A stretch of DNA of 63,613 nucleotides, the filler included, from Sphacelaria rigidula (taxonomy: Eukaryota): assembly GCA_964200075.2 (NCBI GenBank). It is 8 parts of 8 records of this genome, joined end to end, with 100 filler letters (N's around TTAATTAATTAA, not from the genome) between each part and the next. Parts side by side here need not be neighbours in the genome. Positions count along the whole stretch, not along the records: positions 55,750 to 63,613 come from CAXNAA020013182.1; 7 more parts are not named here. The stretch is one strand, 5' to 3'. This document shows, piece after piece, positions 62,251-63,613 of the stretch (the first letter of the stretch is position 1; each line of letters begins with the position of its first letter). The notes beneath the pieces are model-generated. The model saw only the letters and a list, made by a program, of their open reading frames with translations, did no database searches and had not been told where the DNA came from. The translations under genes and the position numbers were made by a program.

Positions 62251-62836
62251 TCATCCTACCACCGGAATCGATCTTACACTACCGGCAACGGCAGCAGCAA
62301 CAACACCGGTGGGGGGGGCAACTCCTACTCCCGACGATGGTTCTGGACGGCCGCGGCTGTAACGGCCGTAACGGCGGCCGCCACCATGTCCACAGCCTCC
62401 GCCACACCGTGTAAAGCCGAAGGCGCGGCCCCATCGTTCACCGCGACTACCGCTGCTCCTGCGGCAGCAACAGCGGCGGCGGCTGCCGCCGTGGCTGCCG
62501 CCGTGGTTGACCGACGAATGAAGAGCAGCGACGGCACCGTTGGCGGCGAGGGGCAGATAGACTGGGAAAGGGGCGTTGTGCGTTCTGCCCCCTGGCGGGG
62601 CGAGAGTAGCGGGGGTGTCGGCGGTCGGAAGGTCGAGGTACGACAACAAGCCGACGAGGATGGCGAGGGCGATGCTGGGGTTGATGGCGGGTGTGGGAAT
62701 GATGGTAGAAATGCGGGAAGGGGTGGGGGTGGGGGGCGGGGTGGGTCACGGGGGTTGGCAAGGGGTACGCCGCCATCTGTGTTAGGACCGCTGTCATCTT
62801 CGCCGTCGCTTTCAGCGTCTCCGTTGGCGGCACAAG
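62251..62836 (+). CDS. Exon-like GC-rich Ala/Gly-rich open frame of uncertain gene membership
   Basis: Within ORF 62170..62937; ACATCAG|TCA acceptor; GGGGNSYSRRWFWTAAAVTAVTAAA..PCKAE resembles a targeting/membrane N-terminal segment; donor uncertain. Confidence 0.5.
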
Positions 62837-63184
62837 TCGGTCCTGTGTCATATTTTTCGTCAACGGAAGGTGTGCAAAATGTATTTTATGGGGAGGGGCG
62901 GGGGAGGGGGTGCAGGTCTCGTTTTACAGAAAAATAAGGGGAAAATACTGAGTTGCAACGCTGAAAACTCGAGCTCTATCTGCCGCAAAAAAATTACCAA
63001 GATGACGCTGTTCGGTTATTTGCTGTCTGGGCCTGGTCTGGACTTCGGTTCACTCCGTTAGCTTGCTACAGCACGGAACAGTAGCAGGAGTATTGTATAA
63101 CTAGAAAAAATGCATATGCGCCCAGTATGAATAATATTTTCGCAGGTAAGACGTCATTAAGCGAGTGTACTGTTGTGTACCTTC

Positions 63185-63332
63185 CATACCCTGGACAATA
63201 GATGGCATTGTTAAAAAACAGTACTGCTTACAGTGTCTACTACTATTACGTCTGTTGCAATATACTATGGATTCCATACTGTACGCAGTACACCTTCCGA
63301 CAATGTAATCTATTGTCATCATCCAGTGTGTG
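63185..63332. mobile_element. hAT MITE family D
   Basis: CATACCCTGGA...TCCAGTGTGTG; TSD GTACCTTC/ATACCTTC (7/8). Confidence 0.88.
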
Positions 63333-63395
63333 ATACCTTCCAATGGAAGCGATGCCCTGTCACAAGGGGGTCGTACACACGAGAGAGATGAACGC

Positions 63396-63433
63396 TTAAC
63401 CCTTTTGGAACCGTTGATGGAAAAATGACGATT
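63396..63433 (+). mobile_element. piggyBac-type terminus (family F)
   Basis: TTAA|CCCTTTTGGAACCGTTGATGGAAAAATGACGATT. Confidence 0.65.
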
Positions 63434-63459
63434 CTACAGTTGATGTTTTCTTGGGTAAG

Positions 63460-63491
<32 letters not shown>

Positions 63492-63613
63492 GGTTGTGTT
63501 TCTGCAAGTGTTGATGATGCAGCCCACCGAAACGGTGCACCATTCCAAGGGTCGGACAAATAATGATTCGTCTGGAAATTACTTGGTTTTAGTATAATTG
63601 ATTCGAATCGTAC

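Overview
This window is not one locus. It is eight unrelated contigs of 7,864-7,865 bp joined by seven identical artificial 100-bp linkers (N44-TTAATTAATTAA-N44), so adjacency across a linker has no meaning. The DNA is eukaryotic and repeat-rich, and most likely comes from a brown alga (Phaeophyceae). That is inferred from the short exons with GT-AG introns, a glucose/sorbosone-dehydrogenase (HHIP-like) plus WSC gene, and TTAGGG tracts. Two host genes can be spliced by eye with consistent phases: an 8-exon GSDH/HHIP-like + WSC fragment (55985-61478, +) and a 3-exon PHD-finger fragment (51414-48315, -). The rest is mostly mobile DNA: three decayed Ty3/Gypsy pieces, two hAT transposase relics, a tRNA-derived SINE (3 pieces), and several MITE families with readable junctions (hAT 8-bp TSD, Sola2-like 4-bp TSD, Ginger-like 5-bp TSD, piggyBac TTAA|CCC). 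Four observations stand out: (i) a Gypsy integrase C-terminus with a chromo-like plus a Tudor-like domain; (ii) a 440-bp foldback element sitting in RA|TT with no TSD (Spy-like); (iii) elements built from back-to-back ~400-450-bp hairpin modules; (iv) an OTU/vertnin-like protease relic. All domain and superfamily calls come from motif recognition by eye; no database searches were run.
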